Shown: positions 62,020 through 64,000 of the stretch, piece by piece
Layout: the number at the start of each line of letters is the position of its first letter
Numbering within the stretch: the first letter of the stretch is position 1
Virus record (IMG/VR): IMGVR_UViG_2700988794_000001
Coordinates: 1 to 64,000 of that record
Reading direction: 5' to 3' (one strand)
Length of the DNA stretch: 64,000 bases
DNA from: a virus
Lineage: Duplodnaviria; Caudoviricetes
Position numbers and translations under genes: made by a program
Notes under the pieces: model-generated
Told to the model about the DNA's origin: nothing
The model's database searches: none
What the model saw: the letters and a program-made list of their open reading frames with translations, nothing else

Positions 62020-64000
62020 ATGAGTACCGAAGCGGCAACGTATCGCCAGTTCGCGCCCGGCATGGGCCAAGCAGTAGCAGAGCGGACCATTCTCCGCAAA
62101 ATTCTCAAGGATGGTATCGAACTTCCGAGCCTTCTCTCGGTTCACCCCAAAGACCCAGATCGTGGTCATATCATCCGCATCTGCCAGGAACGTGGCATCG
62201 GCTTCGCTCTCGACCCGGAACAAGAAATCCGCTTCGCGAACTACCTGGAATGGGAGAATTGGGCCACGTCGCCGACCGCGTATCGCACGGCAACTCCCTT
62301 CTTGACCCTCGTGGCTCAGTCCACCGTGCAGACGAATTCTTCTCGATGCTGCACCATCTCCGCCAAGCTTCGATCCTGATGTCCGGTCGCCACCTTCAGC
62401 ACGGCGACGAAAATCAGCCCACCCGCAACATGGAAGTCTTCACCAACTGCTCCACGGCGGCAACTACCTTCCTCCTCTTCTATCTCCTCCTCAATGGTTC
62501 TGGCGTCGGTCGCTCATACGATGACGCCATGATCAAGGCCGACCTCAACTTCATGCCCATCGTCGTGCCGACCATCGAATGGTCACACCCAGATGCAGCA
62601 AGCGGCGCGGTCACCGGCTTCCTCACGAAGCGCGATGCCGAGCATCTCTATGCCGGTCGCAAGATCACCGTCTTCAACGTCCCTGATGACCGCGAAGGAT
62701 GGGCCAAGGCAATCGAGAAGATCGAAGTCATGGCTCGCCAGAAGCGCCGCGAGGAAGTGCTGATCCTGGAGTTCTCTGGCGTCCGCGAGAAGGTCGCCCG
62801 ATCATGGGCATGCAGGTCGCCCGGCTTCCGGTCCCGGCCCGCTGATGTCCGCCATCGCCAACATCGCCAAGCTTCGTGACGCAGGCATGGAACCGTGGCG
62901 CGCTACCATGTACGCCGACCACTACGCCGCCGAGTGCGTGCTCGTGGGTGGTGCCCGCCGTGCCGCTCGCATGGCTACCAAGCACTGGAAAGACAAGACC
63001 ATCTTCGGCTTCATCGAACTGAAGCGTGGTGGGTTCCTCTGGTCTTCGAACAACTCCATCGCCATTGACGATGAGTTCCGCCAGCGCGTGACGAAGGTGG
63101 TCAACCTGATCGGCTCCCAGGACGTTCCTGGTTCTGTCGGTTACGCAACGATCCTCCGTTGCTCTGGTCAGATCGATGAGTGGGACTTGCATGCCTATAA
63201 GGTTCTCTGCGAACTGGCGAAGGCTGCGTACCACGACAAGACCGGCGAGCCGGCCTGATCAACGTGGACAAGCTCACCCACAAGAACGACGGCATTCAGG
63301 CATACGTTGACGGCCTCTACGCCGAGGGCAACAAGTACGCTCCCGACGAAGACGCTCGCCAGCTTATGATCGACATCGCCGAGGTGGTGCTGGGTCTCAG
63401 CTACACGATGATCACCAATCCGTGTGGCGAGATTTGTTTGCTACTCTTAGGTGCATACTGTGTCATCGCCGACGTGGTGCCCTTCCATGCGCAGAACGAT
63501 GACGACGCCGAAGACGCCTTCCGCACCGCCGTCCGTGCCCTCATCCGTACCAACCTCATGGACTGCCTCTATAACCGCGAGGTGTCGCGCACCAACCGCA
63601 TCGGCGTCGGCATCACCGGGTTCCATGAATGGGCCTATGCCCGCTTCGGCTTCACGTGGCACGATCTCGTGGACGAGGAGAAGTCCAAGGAACTCTGGAT
63701 GACGCTTGCCCGGTTCAAGCGCGCCATTGACGACGAAGCCCAGACCTATTCGAAGGTGCTTGGCGTCACCGTCCCGCACACCAACACGACGTTCAAGCCC
63801 GCAGGCACAACGTCCAAGCTGTTCGGCCTCACTGAAGGCGCACACCTTCCGTCGATGCGCGAATACCTTCGCTGGGTGCAGTTCCGCCACGACGACCCGC
63901 TCGTGCAGCAGTACGAAGAACGCGGCTACCCGATCATGCACCTGAAGAGCTACGAGGGAACCACAGTTGTAGGCTTCCCGACAAGGCCGACCATCTGCGA
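62020..64000 (+). CDS. nrdJ: class II (B12-dependent) ribonucleotide reductase, partial, several indels
   Basis: MSGRHL, TNC, GSGVG, TNPCGEI, RIGVGITG, TTFKPAGTTSKL. Confidence 0.8.

Noticed and set aside
7940-63260. Widespread programmed frameshifting or pseudogenisation
   Set aside because: Breaks hit essential genes at homopolymers with no slippery heptamers and no other sign of decay; sequencing indels are the simpler explanation.
127-63941. Long minus-strand ORFs (e.g. 1759-3144, 23737-25422, 33419-35137)
   Set aside because: Antisense shadows of GC-rich + strand genes; no RBS or recognisable motifs.
47797-64000. Introns or inteins in Pol, RecA or RNR
   Set aside because: Fragments rejoin with single-base corrections; no homing endonuclease or intein end motifs recognised.

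Overview
64 kb of a large tailed dsDNA phage genome (siphovirus-like, GC-rich; the host is probably an alphaproteobacterium, which is an inference). Essentially all genes are on the + strand. Gene order: terminase; a 9 kb block of accessory and nucleotide-metabolism genes (dUTPase, glutaredoxin, ThyX); PBSX-like portal, XkdF-like protease and capsid; a lambda-like tail (tube, chaperone with -1 frameshift, tape measure, gpM/L/K/I/J); lysis genes; a Ycf46-type AAA / DUF1257 / DUF2997 module; and replication/recombination genes (initiator, DnaB, UDG-PolA, primase, SSB, SF2 helicase, RecA, nucleases, class II RNR). About 20 genes are split by single-base indels that look like sequencing errors. 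Four layers are not explained by the gene list. (1) About 33 copies of a TGCAAC-N1/2-GTTGCA palindrome are spread every ~2 kb, inside and between genes. (2) Nine promoters share an operator-like spacer, and most of their genes share the ribosome-binding site GGAGAACCAC. (3) A hairpin RNA at 42195-42307 has loops that are antisense to those ribosome-binding sites. (4) Two short peptide tags (R-x-V/I-x-L-D and VRTRxR) recur at the ends of many unrelated proteins. Protein family calls come from motif recognition by eye; no searches were run.
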